DNA from: a virus | Taxonomy: Duplodnaviria > Caudoviricetes | DNA: 64,000 nt | Strand: one strand, 5' to 3' | IMG/VR virus record: IMGVR_UViG_3300017914_002346 | Shown here: positions 9,750 to 20,600 of the stretch, one piece after another | How positions within the stretch are numbered: the first letter of the stretch is position 1 | Layout: every line of letters begins with the position of its first letter | The notes under the pieces: generated by a model | The model's input: only the letters and a program-made list of their open reading frames with translations | Database searches by the model: none | What the model was told of the DNA's origin: nothing | Made by a program: the position numbers and the translations under genes

Positions 9750-12700
9750 TACCAACTAACCTCTACTGCTGATCTAATCCAAGTATCTGTTGCAACACAT
9801 ACATATAAATAATCACTATCATGTACAACTTGACCCTTAGTTCCTGTTGATGTGGGTGTAAGATCTGAACCTTCAACTAATGTCAGTGCATCTTGAGGTC
9901 TCTGAACTGTACCCATATATTTAATTACAGATAATACATCATCACTATCAGCGCCTGTTACAAGATTAACAGAAGTACCATTTGTAGCTGTATAGTCAAG
10001 AGCGTCTTTCAGTAGAATACCGTTAATATAAACTTGTACTTTACCTGCGGTATAGTTTAAGTAATTGCTGTTATCATCATTACCAGAAAAGACTGTCTGG
10101 CTTGCAGTAGCAGTAAAGTCGTATCTTTCAATATCTAGATTTTCTTTTATTCCGGAATAAGAATAAACCGATACTACATCTTCACTATCAGTGGCTACAC
10201 TTAATGTAACAGATGTGCCATTGTTAGCTGTAAAGTCTTCTGTAGGTTGAAGTAATACACCGTTAACGTAAACTTGTACAAACCCTGCTGTGTAGCTTAA
10301 AATATTACCACTAATATCAGAATCAGATAATATAGTTGTTCCTGGAGACGGCTCGTAGATGTATTCATTTAAGAATGTATCAGTTGTGTTTTCACTAATA
10401 ATTGTAACAACTTGATCTGAATCAAAACCAGCATTTACACCTTCAACTGATAATACAAAATCCGAATCAACACTAGTAGCATTTTCGTTTACAATAGCAA
10501 CTACTTGATCTGAGTCAAATCCGATCTGTGTATTACCAAGATACTTAATTACAGAAAGTCTATCATCACTATCAGCACCTGTATCTAGTCTAATAGTTAC
10601 ACCATCACTATCATAATAATCATCATTCTGAAGTAATAAAATACCGTTAAGATATACTTGAACCTTACCTGTAGAGTATCTTAAAGTGGTGCCATTGAGA
10701 TCTGCACCGCTAAACGAAGTTTGATCTTGTGTAGCTTTAAACTCGAATCTATCTATAGTTAATACATCAGACTGTACACCTAAGTATCCTACAACAGATA
10801 ATACATCATCTGAGTCAGGAGCTGTATCTAATGTAATAGTAGAACCATCAGTTGCTGTATAGTCAGTACCATCAGTTAACAATACTCCGTTTAAGAAAAC
10901 TTGTACTTTATTAACAGCATATGATAAAGTATTACCATTATCATCTGCACCTGTAAAGTCAGAGTCTAAACTACCAGTAGCTGTAAAGGTAAACACATTA
11001 ACTGCAATTGCTTGTTCACCAGGATTTTCTTGAATAATAGCTACTACCTGATCACTATCAAAACCGGCACCTCCTCCACCTGAAGGATTTTCATTAATGA
11101 TAGCTACAATTTGATCAGAATCGAAACCAGCGCCGCCACCTTGGCCTCCAGAGTTAGCACTGTCAGAATCTTGTTCTGTTCTCAATTGATTTACTGTTTC
11201 TTGAAGAGCCTGAATCTTTAAACTATCAGAGTCTACATCATTACGTAAATCTGCTATTGCTTTAAGATCAGAGTCTGTAATACCTGAACCAGCATTTTCT
11301 AATATCATAGAAGCAATTTGTTCAGAATCAAAACCTTTTTTACTTACTAAGATATTACCAACCATAGATCCATGATTAGTACACTGATAAACTAACTTAT
11401 CTGGAGCATCCATAGGTACTGTAAATACAACTCTACCGACGGCTGCTGCGTTATTTGTCACACCGTCACTATACGCACTACCACCATTTGATAATCTAAT
11501 TTCGAAAGGATGACCAGATGCGTTTACATTAAAATGATAAGTATGACCTCTCTGCAAATATAAGGTAGGATTATCAGATGAAGAAGGAAAACCATCTCCG
11601 GTAAATGAGTAAGCTGATGCTCCGTTATTACCCACTGTAAATTGAGTGTCTGTAACTCTAGCTACACTCTCACTATCTAGATGAGTTACATTTTGTAAAG
11701 TATCTACATCACCTCTTAATGTCTGTATAACTAAACTATCTGAGTCAACATCATCTCTTAATCTAGCCATTACAGTAAGATCAGAGTCAACTAATACATT
11801 AAGAGCTTCTATTTCAGTAGCAATAGCTTGAATTCTTGTTGAGTCAGAATCAGCATCTCTACGTAGCGCAGCAATCGCAACAGTATCAGAGTCTGCAGAT
11901 ATAGCATCTACCCAATCAAAACCATTTGTAGAATCATTCCATCTTAAATATTGCCCATCATTTGCATCAGCTGTATCTAAAGTAAGACCTGAAATAACAA
12001 GTCTAGTAATTTCAGAATCACCTAATGAGATTAAGTTCGAACTATCACTATCAGGTACAAAGGCTTTTCTACCTATAGCAACAATATTGCTACCATGTAC
12101 TGTTCCTTTATTTTGGAAATCAGCAGCATCTTTACCAATTAAGACATTTTCGTTACCTTTAAAGTTTAACCCTTGACCAACTCTAGCTTGTCCTACATCT
12201 CTACCTATAAGAACATTATCTGTATTAGTTGCAATACCTCTACCAGCTTGTCTACCAAGAGCAATATTATCTGTACCGGTAGCTGTAGGCCAACCCAAAC
12301 CAACACCAGGTGCCATCGCATTCTGACCTATTGCAATATTATCAGATCCGTTTACGTTATCACCAGTACTTTCACCAATAAAAGTGTTTCTTGTTCCTGA
12401 AGTAGAAGAAGTACCTGCACTTGCGCCAATATGAATATTACTTGTACCAGTTAAACCTGCTCCACTTTTACCAGCAGTCGCTCTACCAATACCAATATTA
12501 CTACTACCAGATATTCCTTCACCAGCTTCAGCACCTATTAAAATACTGTAGTTGTTGTTATTCATAGAGTGATTATTAGCAGCATCATAACCTATCTTTA
12601 CAGCTTGATTTGTTAATGGTCCTGCATTAATCTTACTATTAATAGTTGCTATTTCAGAGTCATGATCAGCAATATCAGAGTCTACATCTCTTCTAAGCTC

Positions 12701-14293
12701 ACTTATCTCTCCTGATTCAGAATCTAGATCAGATCTTAATGATTCAATATCAGAAGTGTTAGACTGAATTACTGTACTGTCAGAATCTACATCTGATCTT
12801 AATACATCTATATCACCTTGTAGAGATTGTATTACTGTTGAATCTGAATCAACATCTCTTCGTAATGCTGCTACTGCTGCAACATCTGAATCGACAGAAC
12901 CTGAAACTACATTTTCGTTAATAATAGCAACAACTTGATCACTATCAAAACCCGCCTGTACAGTTCCTAAGAATTTAACAACAGATAATATATCATCAGA
13001 GTCAGGAGCGCTTATTAAAGATATACTAGAACCATCTGTAGCTGTGTAGTCTGTATCTTCTGTTAATAGAATTCCGTTAAGATATACTTGAATCTTACCT
13101 GTGGTGTAGGATAGTGTAGAACCGTTATCATCAGTACCGCTAAATTCTGAATCGTTGTTAGGTGCTGTAAAAGTAAATACTGTAGTTTCAATTGTTTGTG
13201 AACCTGGATTCTCTCCAATTATAGCTACAATCTGATCACTATCAAAACCAGTATCATCAGTTGCGCTTTCTAATGTATTAATTCTAGTATTGAAAGCTGC
13301 AAAATCAGAATCTAGATCAGTTCTTATAGATGCTATTACAGATAAGTCTGAGTCAAGACCACTGTTTAGATCATCTACTATTAGTTGAATTGCTTGAATC
13401 TTAATACTATCAGAGTCAATATCATTTCTTAAATCTGCTACTACTTGTAAATCAGAATCAGTTAAACCTGTGGTGTTATTGTTAATTATATCGATAACGT
13501 TATCACTATCAAGAATAGTGTTTACTACTTGACCGTTAATAGTTGTCTGACCACTAATAATAAAGTTACCTTGATTCTTAGCAGTTCTAAGAGTCATATC
13601 ACTATCATCATAACCAGAGTCAACACTTAACTGTTCACTGTTATCAGAATCAATAACTGTAACGTTATCAAGTAGGTCACTAGATCTAGGAATAATTTCT
13701 AAATCAACAGTAACGTTACCATAAATTGTAGCTAAAGTTCTAAATGCAAACACAAACTCTGCTGGGCTTGTCTGCTTAGTCCATAATTGTGGTACTATAT
13801 ATTTTCCGTTATTATATTCTTCATCATAGAAAATAGACCAAGTTAAATTAGGAAGAGTGACAGATCTTAACGCTGCACTAAAATAAACAGTGTGTACTTC
13901 TGATGCGTTTTGAGCTGTCATTCTACCTGAAACTTGATAATTTTGAGAATTACCGTCTGGAACAATTACAGCTACTTTTTGATAGTCACCGTTTTCGAAA
14001 TAAGTACCATGATTACCACCATAGTAAACTTGGTTAAATTTCATCATATTAGAATTGTTAAATCTAATTTGAGTGAAGTAAGGGCTGTCAGAATCGACAC
14101 CGAAGATTGGACCGTTTAAAGTAGCAGTGTTTAAAGTAACATTATCTAGAGAACTACCTTCAATAGTACTTAATACTTCATCACTATCTAATACTCTAGA
14201 TACAGTATTACCACCAAGAGTTAAATCACCCTCGATGGTTACGTTTTCAGACACGGTTAGTCCGTGTCTTACTTTAAAATCTTTCGATGCCAT
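9749..14293 (-). CDS. Large mosaic fibre/adhesin-like virion protein, 1514 aa
   Basis: Five ~75-aa repeats (QVYLNG.LL...DYTA.DG), DSD coiled coils, YadA-head-like N.(A/G)IG repeats, a cupredoxin-like module, C-terminal DSDYLYVCVATDTW.R. Confidence 0.75.
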   Translation of the reverse strand: MASKDFKVRHGLTVSENVTIEGDLTLGGNTVSRVLDSDEVLSTIEGSSLDNVTLNTATLNGPIFGVDSDSPYFTQIRFNNSNMMKFNQVYYGGNHGTYFENGDYQKVAVIVPDGNSQNYQVSGRMTAQNASEVHTVYFSAALRSVTLPNLTWSIFYDEEYNNGKYIVPQLWTKQTSPAEFVFAFRTLATIYGNVTVDLEIIPRSSDLLDNVTVIDSDNSEQLSVDSGYDDSDMTLRTAKNQGNFIISGQTTINGQVVNTILDSDNVIDIINNNTTGLTDSDLQVVADLRNDIDSDSIKIQAIQLIVDDLNSGLDSDLSVIASIRTDLDSDFAAFNTRINTLESATDDTGFDSDQIVAIIGENPGSQTIETTVFTFTAPNNDSEFSGTDDNGSTLSYTTGKIQVYLNGILLTEDTDYTATDGSSISLISAPDSDDILSVVKFLGTVQAGFDSDQVVAIINENVVSGSVDSDVAAVAALRRDVDSDSTVIQSLQGDIDVLRSDVDSDSTVIQSNTSDIESLRSDLDSESGEISELRRDVDSDIADHDSEIATINSKINAGPLTNQAVKIGYDAANNHSMNNNNYSILIGAEAGEGISGSSNIGIGRATAGKSGAGLTGTSNIHIGASAGTSSTSGTRNTFIGESTGDNVNGSDNIAIGQNAMAPGVGLGWPTATGTDNIALGRQAGRGIATNTDNVLIGRDVGQARVGQGLNFKGNENVLIGKDAADFQNKGTVHGSNIVAIGRKAFVPDSDSSNLISLGDSEITRLVISGLTLDTADANDGQYLRWNDSTNGFDWVDAISADSDTVAIAALRRDADSDSTRIQAIATEIEALNVLVDSDLTVMARLRDDVDSDSLVIQTLRGDVDTLQNVTHLDSESVARVTDTQFTVGNNGASAYSFTGDGFPSSSDNPTLYLQRGHTYHFNVNASGHPFEIRLSNGGSAYSDGVTNNAAAVGRVVFTVPMDAPDKLVYQCTNHGSMVGNILVSKKGFDSEQIASMILENAGSGITDSDLKAIADLRNDVDSDSLKIQALQETVNQLRTEQDSDSANSGGQGGGAGFDSDQIVAIINENPSGGGGAGFDSDQVVAIIQENPGEQAIAVNVFTFTATGSLDSDFTGADDNGNTLSYAVNKVQVFLNGVLLTDGTDYTATDGSTITLDTAPDSDDVLSVVGYLGVQSDVLTIDRFEFKATQDQTSFSGADLNGTTLRYSTGKVQVYLNGILLLQNDDYYDSDGVTIRLDTGADSDDRLSVIKYLGNTQIGFDSDQVVAIVNENATSVDSDFVLSVEGVNAGFDSDQVVTIISENTTDTFLNEYIYEPSPGTTILSDSDISGNILSYTAGFVQVYVNGVLLQPTEDFTANNGTSVTLSVATDSEDVVSVYSYSGIKENLDIERYDFTATASQTVFSGNDDNSNYLNYTAGKVQVYINGILLKDALDYTATNGTSVNLVTGADSDDVLSVIKYMGTVQRPQDALTLVEGSDLTPTSTGTKGQVVHDSDYLYVCVATDTWIRSAVEVSW

Positions 14294-14322
14294 CTAGTTC
14301 ACTTTCCCTGTTTGGCGGATGT

Positions 14323-14345
14323 AGGGAGGAGATTAACTCCTCCCT
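14323..14345. promoter_or_regulatory. GC-rich hairpin in the leader of the 1514-aa gene, just downstream of late promoter candidate CATAAATA (14358-14351, minus)
   Basis: AGGGAGGAG-attaa-CTCCTCCCT, 9-bp perfect stem; no U-tract on the minus strand. Confidence 0.55.
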
Positions 14346-14353
14346 TTAATTAT

Positions 14354-16369
14354 TTATGTGTGGTTAATATGCTGTCTAATCGCTTTTACGTTACCAGCAC
14401 CATTGGTAGGTGTCGCTCTTAGACGTACATTACCACCGCTAATGTCTGCATCAAGAGTAATAAACTCACTATCATGTGTAGACACTGTACCGTATTCTGT
14501 AATGTATGCGTTAGTATCATCATGAATAACAATTACTTCAGTTGCCATGTAAGATGAATCATTAGAGTCAGCGGAAATAAAGTATTTTACTGACCTGTAA
14601 TCACCTGTAGCAAATTCGTCTAATGTAAATGTAGCTTGTGAAGAGTAATCAGTATTTACATCATCAATTTTGCCTTCAATGTCAGTTCTTAACGCTTGAA
14701 TTGCTAACTCATCAGAGTCAAGTCTTGCTTCTACATCAGCACTTGTATTTTCTCCAATAATAGCTACAACTTGATCTGAGTCAAAACCAGCTTGAACTGT
14801 ACCTAAGTATTTTACAATACTAATGACATCATCAGAATCAGGTGGATCAACAAAAGTTACTGTAGAACCGTCCGTAGCTGTATAATCAGTTCCTGATGTT
14901 TGTAAGATACCGTTTAAGTAAACATGAATCTTATTAACTACATAGCTTAATGTTTGGCCATTATCATCAGCACCTGAGAAGTCAGAATCTTCATTATTAG
15001 CCGCAGTAAATGTAAATACACTTACTTGAATAGAAGTGTTACCACCTAAGTTATCAATTCTTGTATTAATAGTCTGTAACTGAGTTTCATCAGAGTCTAG
15101 TCTAGTCTGAATTGTTTCAATATCAGTACCTAAAGATTGAATCTTTGTTTCATCTGAGTCTGCTCTATTTTGTAGAGTAGTAATGTCACTAGAAAATGAT
15201 TCCTGCAATGCTTGGATAGCAGTGCTATCTGAGTCAGCATCAGCTCTTAATCTAGCAATTTCACTTGCATCACTATCTGCATCTCTTCTTAAATGACCAA
15301 TCTCGATAACATCAGAGTCAGCATTTGTTTCTAAGATATCGATACGACCTGCTAATGATTGAATAACTGCACTATCAGAATCAACATCTTCTCTTAAACC
15401 ATGTACTACAGCAAGATCAGAATCAGCCATTCCAGTGACGTTATTATTAATAAGATCAATAACATTATCAGAGTCTAATGTATTTTGAGTTACATACTTT
15501 ACAGTAACAAGATCTGAATCATTTGTTGGGTTATAATCTGCATAACCAACTGAGATTCTAGTAAAACCTGTAGAGTCACTATTACCACCTAATACAAGTT
15601 GATTAGGTTGTGTAGCTCTTGCACCATAACCTATAACACCTGAATAATCTAAGTCAGAGTCTACATCAGCGTCTCTACCAATTGCAATGTTACCTGTACT
15701 TAAACCAGCTGAACCTTGACCAATTGCAACAGACCATTGACCGGTTTTTGCGGAATCACCAATTGCCACTGATCTAGTATCAGATTGAGCGTTATTACCT
15801 AAGCTTACACTTGATACTTTACCTTGTGAATATCTACCAATAGCTATTGTATTACTATTATTAGCTACTGAGTTAGCACCAATTGCAATTGCACCAGAAG
15901 ATGTTGCTTTAGCCCGGGCTCCTGTACCATTATACTGGAAGAAACCATTACTTATACCCGAAGCACTTAAATCAGAATCGATATTATCTACTCTATTATC
16001 TAATAATTGAATAGCCGTTTCGTCTGAATCAAGAATATTATTAATTGTTTGGATGTCTGTAGTATGGCCACTTACTGTCTGGTTTAATGTGTCATGATCA
16101 GTTCTTAACTGCTGGATAATGGTTGAATCTGAGTCAGCATCTGATCTTAAAATGTCAATTTCACCCTGTAAAGACTGAATTACGGAACTATCACTATCAA
16201 TATCTTCTCTAAGAGCGGCAACAACAGCGAGATCAGAGTCGTTATTACCTACTTCTTTAACAATATTAATTACCGATTCTGAATCGAATACGGTAATGGT
16301 ACCACCTTTGTAGGTAATATCTCCGCCTACTTCTAGGCCGTTACGTACTTTAAAATCTCTAGTTGCCAT
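14354..16369 (-). CDS. Fibre-like virion protein with YadA-head-like repeats and DSD coiled coils, 671 aa
   Basis: N-terminus MATRDFKVRNGL resembles the 1514-aa protein; (A/S)(I/V)AIG repeats; C-terminal YRSVKYFI..TEVIVIHD...ITEYG domain. Confidence 0.7.
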   Translation of the reverse strand: MATRDFKVRNGLEVGGDITYKGGTITVFDSESVINIVKEVGNNDSDLAVVAALREDIDSDSSVIQSLQGEIDILRSDADSDSTIIQQLRTDHDTLNQTVSGHTTDIQTINNILDSDETAIQLLDNRVDNIDSDLSASGISNGFFQYNGTGARAKATSSGAIAIGANSVANNSNTIAIGRYSQGKVSSVSLGNNAQSDTRSVAIGDSAKTGQWSVAIGQGSAGLSTGNIAIGRDADVDSDLDYSGVIGYGARATQPNQLVLGGNSDSTGFTRISVGYADYNPTNDSDLVTVKYVTQNTLDSDNVIDLINNNVTGMADSDLAVVHGLREDVDSDSAVIQSLAGRIDILETNADSDVIEIGHLRRDADSDASEIARLRADADSDSTAIQALQESFSSDITTLQNRADSDETKIQSLGTDIETIQTRLDSDETQLQTINTRIDNLGGNTSIQVSVFTFTAANNEDSDFSGADDNGQTLSYVVNKIHVYLNGILQTSGTDYTATDGSTVTFVDPPDSDDVISIVKYLGTVQAGFDSDQVVAIIGENTSADVEARLDSDELAIQALRTDIEGKIDDVNTDYSSQATFTLDEFATGDYRSVKYFISADSNDSSYMATEVIVIHDDTNAYITEYGTVSTHDSEFITLDADISGGNVRLRATPTNGAGNVKAIRQHINHT

Positions 16370-16392
16370 TTTTAAACTCCAAAATTATACTT

Positions 16393-16400
16393 TATTTATT
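16393..16400 (-). promoter_or_regulatory. Late promoter candidate AATAAATA
   Basis: Intergenic, upstream of a GGAG RBS and ATG at 16369. Confidence 0.6.
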
Positions 16401-16401
16401 A

Positions 16402-17613
16402 TTAGTCAATTTGAGTCCTAATGAAGGACACATTTATATTAGCAAATTCAGGTGTTATAAGAAGTCTAACTTCTTCACCTGAAACATCTGCGTCAATAGT
16501 AAACAGATCACCACTTCCGGAATCTATTATTGAATATTCTGTAGCATATGCTACACTAGTATCATGATTAAGTAGAACTTCGCTCGACTGCCAGTCCGAA
16601 TCTTTTCTAGCAGATATCATATACTTTATAGTCTTATGTTCGTTTCTATCAAAAGTATCTAATACTTGATCTTCTGTTGTAGTAGTGAACGTAGCATCAT
16701 TAAGTCTGAAAGGTGTTCTGTTAATAACATAATCAGAATCTATATCATTCATCTCAGCTCTTAATTGAGCTATAGCTGCAGCATCACTATCCGCGGCTCT
16801 TTTGAGATCAGCAATAGCTACTGCATCGCTGTCTGCATCTTTTCTTAAATTAGCAATTTCAACTACATCTGAGTCTGCATTAGTAAGTAACAATTGTATA
16901 CGTACAGTTTCTGAATCTAGATCTAATCTAAGCTTATCTACTAGCTCTTGAATGTTTTGAATTTTAATTGAATCAGAATCAACGTCATTTCTAAGATCTG
17001 CAACTATTTGCAAATCTGAATCAGTCATTCCTGTACCAGAATTTTCGTTAATTATAGCAACAATCTGATCTGAATCAAAACCGCTAGAAGAACTTAAACC
17101 AAAGTTACCTACATACGTGTAGGCTGCAATATAAACTGAATTACCAGATATACCAGAAGGTAAATTATTACCAATAAAGTTTAGTACACCTGCTTGATAA
17201 TCAAAATACCATTCGTCATTGTTTCCAGAACCAGCAGCAAAAACTTGGTTTGATATATCAGCTGCATTGTCACTATCATTAGAAGTATGAATATAAACTT
17301 TAGCTTGATATGTTGAACCAAATTCAGGCGGTATCCAATCAGTTTTATTAGCTAACCAAGTTCTATTAGTAGTAGCTGTAGCATCCGCTTCTAGTTCCAA
17401 AACATTATAGTATCTAACTACACCAGTAGTTGAACCAGGAGCTGTTGCAGGAATATCAGCTGATTGTGCCCATAAAGTATCTGATCTTATTAAAAGAGGA
17501 GAGGCTATAGCTTCGTTTGTAGGACCTTTTTGATCACTAGTATCTGTTTTCGTAGCACCGAAAGCTAGTTTCTTAAACAGGAGGTCAATTTTTTGTGCGT
17601 CAGTAATAGCCAT
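16402..17613 (-). CDS. Virion structural protein, 403 aa
   Basis: Globular N-domain, DSD coiled coil, C-terminal domain paralogous to that of the 671-aa protein (TIKYMISA..SEVLLNHD..ATEY). Confidence 0.65.
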   Translation of the reverse strand: MAITDAQKIDLLFKKLAFGATKTDTSDQKGPTNEAIASPLLIRSDTLWAQSADIPATAPGSTTGVVRYYNVLELEADATATTNRTWLANKTDWIPPEFGSTYQAKVYIHTSNDSDNAADISNQVFAAGSGNNDEWYFDYQAGVLNFIGNNLPSGISGNSVYIAAYTYVGNFGLSSSSGFDSDQIVAIINENSGTGMTDSDLQIVADLRNDVDSDSIKIQNIQELVDKLRLDLDSETVRIQLLLTNADSDVVEIANLRKDADSDAVAIADLKRAADSDAAAIAQLRAEMNDIDSDYVINRTPFRLNDATFTTTTEDQVLDTFDRNEHKTIKYMISARKDSDWQSSEVLLNHDTSVAYATEYSIIDSGSGDLFTIDADVSGEEVRLLITPEFANINVSFIRTQID

Positions 17614-17614
17614 T

Positions 17615-20600
17615 TTATGTAATACTCAACCCTGTTATTGTATCTCCGGAATCTAAACCAATTCTAACTAAGATAATATTATTAGTAGCATTTGAAGATG
17701 AAATAGTTCCAAGTGTCATAGTTTTAGCTCCACTCAAAGCACCTGAACCTATTACATCACTACCTGTAGAAGCACAACCATCTGATCCATTACCACCATT
17801 ACCTGTATCGGAGCCTGGGACACCTGCACCTGCATACTGTGCTCCACAATTTAACCAACCATTTAACCCTGAAGCAGAATCAATAGTTGTTCCTGGTACT
17901 GCTATCCAAACACCAGCTACACCAGTACTAGATGTTATATTTAAGTTAAAATTACTTACTTGTGTTCTTCTAAAAGCAAAGGTAAAATACTGTGTACCTG
18001 TTAATCCTGATCTATCTGGTCCTTTAGGTAAGTAACCTGATGTAAAATCAGTTACATCATGTTTTAATGTACCCATTCTAATAATAGCTTCTTGACCTTC
18101 AGAATCTATATCCGCTGCTTGAGTTGATTCAGAATACACATTATTAGTGTAATGATTTATAGAGCTATTTACAGGAGGGTTATCTGAATCTGCTACATAG
18201 TCTAAAATTCTTACAGCATCGTCATCATAACCTGCGCCTAAACTATCACTTACTGCTACAGCTATCTCTGATATACCATATTGTGAAGACGTGTGCACTG
18301 CTATTTTATGTGAAGTAATATTAGTATAAGAACCAGAACCGTTTACATTAGTACCTCTAATTCTTAGATTGTCAACAACTCTAACATTAGAAGTGGTAAT
18401 AGGAACTGTTAAATCTCCTATTGCATATGCACTTGAAACACCAGTATCGGCTAATGGAATACCTCCAGATAAGAATGTGGTACTTCCATCAATGTTTGAA
18501 TATGTATAATCTCTATTAGAGATCGCATTACCAGAACCTTCTGCAGGAGAACCTGATTCAACTTCAATAGGATCTGAAATATTAGCGTAGGTTTGTCCAC
18601 TTATATTACTTACAGTAGTTCCGGATAATGTTAACTGTGGAGATCCTGAATTATAATAAGGAATACCAGAAATATATCTATAAGTACCAGCTGTTGATTC
18701 TGATAATGTACCTGTACTTGAAATTGATGGTGTTGAAGTCACATCATCATGAATAAAGTGCACAGTGTTAGTATCACCGGTTGCATCATGAGATAATTGA
18801 TAAGAATGTGAACCTGCACTTAAGCTAGACTTTGAAACTCTAGCTTTGAATACTTCATACTTATTAGGAGCATAAATGGACGAAGCAAACGATACAGTAG
18901 AACCAGAAGCGTTTATAGTATTAGCATCAATGTCTTCAGTAACTACTAATGATGTATAAGTACCTGAATCGTTTCCTGTAGTAAATGCTTTGGAACCATC
19001 AGTACTACCATCAACTTTCGCACTTAAAGTACCAGAAGCAGCATCGTGAGCATACGTTGATATTGTACTAGATGAAATTGTACCTGAACCTATTGTTCTA
19101 GTTACACTATCACCAGCATTAATTGTTGTACCACCTGATACGTTGTCTGTAAACCCTGAAGCAGCTCTTGGTGAAGTACCTGTTGAAGAAGGAGCGCTTA
19201 TAGTCTTAGTACTTAATCCATTAGGAGCAGCTATTTCAGAATCATACACTTTAATTAAAGAAGATGTACTTAAAGGAATAACTGATGGATTAGCAGTGCC
19301 ATGTGTTTGTAGAGTTAATTGTATAGTATGTCTTCCTGTGCCAGAATCAGTAGTGTAGGTATGAGATATTCTGTTACCATCTACACCACCATCTTCTGAA
19401 TTAGAAACTGAATCAGAATCACCATCACCCCATTCTATTTCAAACGTTGCAGTTTGACCTGTAGTATTTGTTGTAGTATTTTCAAACCAAATAGTCTGTT
19501 CTGTCTCTACACCAGTAGTTCCTAAATTAATAGAACTACCTCCTGATTCTTGTAAATAAATTGCAAATGAAGCAACAGGATCAGCACCGTATAATACAAT
19601 GTAATCGTTTCTTAAAGATTCAGCAAAAGAACCTGCTCCTCTGCCATTATTATTTCTTGCTACAACTCTTACACTAAATGGTGTGTTTGTATTATCATTA
19701 TACGTATGAGAAGGAGTTGAATCAGAAGTATCTGAATCTATAGTTTCACCTTCACCCCAATAGACATCGTATCTGTTAGGGTTCCCATCAGCATTAATAG
19801 TAAGAGTTACGTTCATACCTTCACCACCAGAAGTTTGGTTAGCGGTAAAACTTACATTAGTAACAGCTGTACTATTAAGTACATTATGCATAGCTTCGTT
19901 TAACTGATCAATAGCTGAAGTAACAGATGTATCAGAATCAAAAGTCTCAACAATGGCTCTAGGAGACTGGTATTCTGAATCATAGGCTTCTGTACCTAAA
20001 TAAATCTCTCTTGCATTAGTAGATCCTTCAGTAGTGTTTTCGTTTATAATAGCTACAATTTGATCTGAATCGAACCCTGTATTATCTGAGACATTTTCAT
20101 TAATAATATTTACAATACCATCAGAATCAAAACCTGTTGATCTGTTTGCAAAATCAGAGTCTAAATCTCTTCTAAGTATTCTAATCTGAGCTGATTCTGA
20201 ATCCAGATCATTACGTAATATAGATACAGTAGTTAAATCAGAATCTTCTAAGCCATTAAATAGAGCTATTTTATTATTGAATAATGCATAATCAGAGTCT
20301 ACAGATTCTCTTATAGCTTGTATTGTTACACTATCACTATCAGCATCTCTTCTTAACTCAGCAATTGCTGAAGCATCAGAATCAGCACCTGCTTCTAATA
20401 TACCTACTCTAGTAGATAAGTCTTGTATCTTAGTTTCATCTGAATCAAGTCTAATATTTGTAATATAGTTGTTTGCTTGAATAGCAGTTTCATCTGAGTC
20501 TAATCTATTAGTTAATGTTTGAATATCAAACTTTTGAGTTTGTAGATTGTTTTGAATTGCTTGTCCATCAGAATCTACATCAATTCTAAGAACAGTAATA

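Noticed and set aside
14323-14345. Hairpin as a rho-independent terminator
   Set aside because: No U-tract follows on the coding (minus) strand and it lies just downstream of a promoter candidate; kept as a leader structure instead.
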